Origin: Candidatus Australimonas brisbanensis
Lineage (GTDB): Bacteria; Chloroflexota; Dehalococcoidia; Lucifugimonadales; Australimonadaceae
Assembly (NCBI GenBank): GCA_038147155.1
Contig: JAYQTA010000002.1
Span: forward strand, 259,595-323,594
Direction of reading: 5' to 3'
DNA: 64,000 nucleotides
Every line of letters starts with the position of its first letter. The first letter of the stretch is position 1. The notes under the pieces are model-generated. The model had not been told where the DNA came from. It ran no database searches and worked only from the letters and a program-made list of their open reading frames with translations. The position numbers and the translations under genes are program-made. Shown here one piece after another: positions 62,557 through 64,000 of this stretch.

Positions 62557-63225
62557 CTACTTACCCGCGCTGGGGTCGTCCACCTTACGCAGGTAGGGCT
62601 TCACCGTCTCCCAGCCCTGGGGGAAGAGTTGCTTTGCTGCCTCGTTGTCCACGGCGGGCAGGATCACGACCTTGTCGCCCTTGCGCCAGTTGGCGGGGGT
62701 GCCCACCTTGTTCACGGCGGTCAGCTGGGCGGAGTCGATGACCCGCATCAACTCGTCGAAGTTGCGCCCCGTGCTCATGGGGTAGGTCATGGACATCTTC
62801 ACCTTCTTGTCCGGGCCGATCAGGTAGACGGTGCGGACCGTCTGGTTGTCAGCGGCGGTGCGCCCCTCGGAGCTGGCACCCGCGTCGGCGGGGAGCATGT
62901 CGTAGGCCTTGGCCACCGCTAGGTCGTCGTCAGCGATAATGAGGAAGTTGAGCGGCGTGCCCGCCAGGTCCGCGATGTCCTGGGCCCAGCGCTCGTGGTC
63001 GGCCACCTTGTCCACGCTCAGGCCGATGACCTTCACCCCGCGCTTGTCGAACTCCGGCTTGATCCGGGCCACGTGCGAGAGCTCCGTGGCGCAGATGGGG
63101 GTGAAGCCCTTGGGGTGCGAGAAGAGCATCGCCCAGGAATCCCCGAGCCACTGGTGGAACTAAATCTCACCCTCGCTGGTCTTGGCCTTGAAGTCGGGTG
63201 CGGTGTCGTTGATACGGAAGCTCAT
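62557..63225 (-). pseudogene. 1-Cys peroxiredoxin (Prx6-type) with an in-frame TAG at codon 22
   Basis: MSFRINDTAPDFKAKTSEGEI-TAG(63162-63160)-FHQWLGDSWAMLFSHPKGFTPICATEL..., one frame of 223 codons. ATG 63225 lies 5 nt after AAGGAGAA. Confidence 0.75.
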
Positions 63226-63277
63226 GTCGTTTCTCCTTCTCGTGCTTCGAGGTCGGGTTGGGCCGGTATGCGATGGC

Positions 63278-63310
63278 AACAAAAAAGGCAGGCTGCCGGA
63301 GCAGTCTGCC
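63278..63310 (-). terminator. Rho-independent terminator, minus strand, between the polyCys mini-ORF and the peroxiredoxin
   Basis: RNA GGCAGACUGC-uccg-GCAGCCUGCC-UUUUUUGUU (10-bp stem with one A/C mismatch). Confidence 0.75.
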
Positions 63311-63353
63311 TTCAGGTTCCGCGGCCTGGGCCGCTGTATCTGCGCGTGTGGGG

Positions 63354-63413
63354 CTAGCCCTGCTCCTCGAGCGGGTTCACACAGCAACAGTTACAGCAGA
63401 TCCGGTTCGCCAT
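63354..63413 (-). CDS. 19-codon polycysteine mini-ORF (MANRICCNCCCVNPLEEQG)
   Basis: ATG 63413-63411 lies 10 nt after a -10 box. 5 of the 6 codons at positions 6-11 are Cys. TAG at 63356-63354. Below the ORF-track length cut-off. Confidence 0.45.
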   Translation of the reverse strand: MANRICCNCCCVNPLEEQG

Positions 63414-63423
63414 CGGGGGGACG

Positions 63424-63452
63424 AGCCTACGGCGGGGCAGGGGAGGTGTCAA
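63424..63452 (-). promoter_or_regulatory. Near-consensus promoter TTGACA-17 nt-TAGGCT driving the polyCys mini-ORF
   Basis: Minus strand: ggTTGACAcctcccctgccccgccgTAGGCTcgtccccccgATG. It starts 9 nt after the aldolase stop. Confidence 0.55.
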
Positions 63453-63460
63453 CCAGCGCC

Positions 63461-64000
63461 TTAATCTTTATAGGAGGGGTCGAGCCGGTCCAGCGTGCGC
63501 AGCAGCCACCCCCACTCCACGGACTGGTAGCGCAGGTTGCGCGCCGACGAGGCCTTCTCCATCACGGCGGGCGGCGGCAGGTGAACGGGCTCGCCTGTTG
63601 AACGGGCCAGCACCTGCACCTGGCACGCGCGCTCCAGCTGCCACATGGCCACCCACGCCTGGGGCACGGTGGCGCCCATGGTGAGCAGGCCGTGGTTCTT
63701 GAGGATCATGGCGTTCTTCTCGCCCAGGTCCGTCACCAGCCGTTCCCGCTCGTCCAGGTTGGTGGCCTGGCCCTCGAAGGCGTGGTAGGCGATCCGGTCG
63801 TGGAACTGGAAAGCGTCCTGCTGGAGGGGCGTGAGGCCCTCTTCCAAGGCCGAGACCGCCATGCCGCAGAGGGTGTGGGTGTGCATGACGCAGCCCACAT
63901 CGTGACGAGCGCCGTGGACGGCTGAGTGGATGACGTAGCCGGGGAAGTTGATGCGGTGCTCTCCGGGTTCCAGCACGTTGCCCTGCAGGTCTATCTTCAC
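63461..64000 (-). CDS. Class II aldolase/adducin family protein, C-terminal part (N-terminus beyond window end)
   Basis: GYVIHSAVHGARHDVGCVMHTHT, ILKNHGLLTMG. TAA stop at 63461-63463. Confidence 0.85.
   Translation of the reverse strand: MKIDLQGNVLEPGEHRINFPGYVIHSAVHGARHDVGCVMHTHTLCGMAVSALEEGLTPLQQDAFQFHDRIAYHAFEGQATNLDERERLVTDLGEKNAMILKNHGLLTMGATVPQAWVAMWQLERACQVQVLARSTGEPVHLPPPAVMEKASSARNLRYQSVEWGWLLRTLDRLDPSYKD

Overview
Very GC-rich bacterial chromosomal segment (about 70% G+C by eye, with strong GC3 codon bias). It is almost fully coding, with about 75 protein genes. I recognised no rRNA, tRNA, CRISPR array, transposase or phage gene. The high GC content fills the six-frame track with long antisense shadow ORFs. 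I accepted only frames with a recognisable protein family or GC3 bias, and trimmed starts to SD-preceded or promoter-abutted ATG/GTG/TTG codons.

Gene content:
- Housekeeping and transport: partial phosphonate ABC uptake (phnC/phnD), a Crp/Fnr regulator, an ABC-2 exporter, OsmC and Bcp, a DEAD-box helicase, a Fur-family plus metal ABC importer operon, tsaC and purEK.
- A split TPP decarboxylase with a class II aldolase.
- A large accessory-looking set of aromatic/xenobiotic catabolic genes: 3 Rieske oxygenases, 2 bicupins, a VOC extradiol-type enzyme, an FAD monooxygenase, amidohydrolases, SDRs, a dienelactone hydrolase, an MBL hydrolase, two F420-type LLM oxidoreductases and a DDN-type reductase.
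- By inference, this set suggests an F420-using actinobacterium- or Chloroflexi-like host.

Main findings:
1. A MerB-like (alkylmercury lyase family) gene at 59845-60495 (-) is one 217-codon frame interrupted only by two TGA codons. Both fall exactly on the two catalytic Cys positions of MerB. Each is followed about 20 nt later by a hairpin with GU in the apical loop. The second hairpin has the same CAG-GU-CUG apex as the E. coli fdhF SECIS. This is a candidate enzyme with two selenocysteines.
2. A near-consensus promoter is followed by a 19-codon polycysteine mini-ORF, a canonical intrinsic terminator and then a 1-Cys peroxiredoxin. This is a candidate Cys-sensing attenuator.
3. The density of ORF lesions is unusual: 3 non-UGA in-frame stops, 5 frameshift sites including a G9 tract, and one lost start codon. 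These are either real gene decay or base-calling errors and need read-level checking.
4. A 720-bp convergent intergenic region holds a strong terminator, several GC hairpins and small SD-preceded ORFs that I could not assign to any RNA family.
5. Several genes have a -10 box 6-7 nt from the start codon (leaderless geometry), including a recurrent TAGGCTAGGG decamer.
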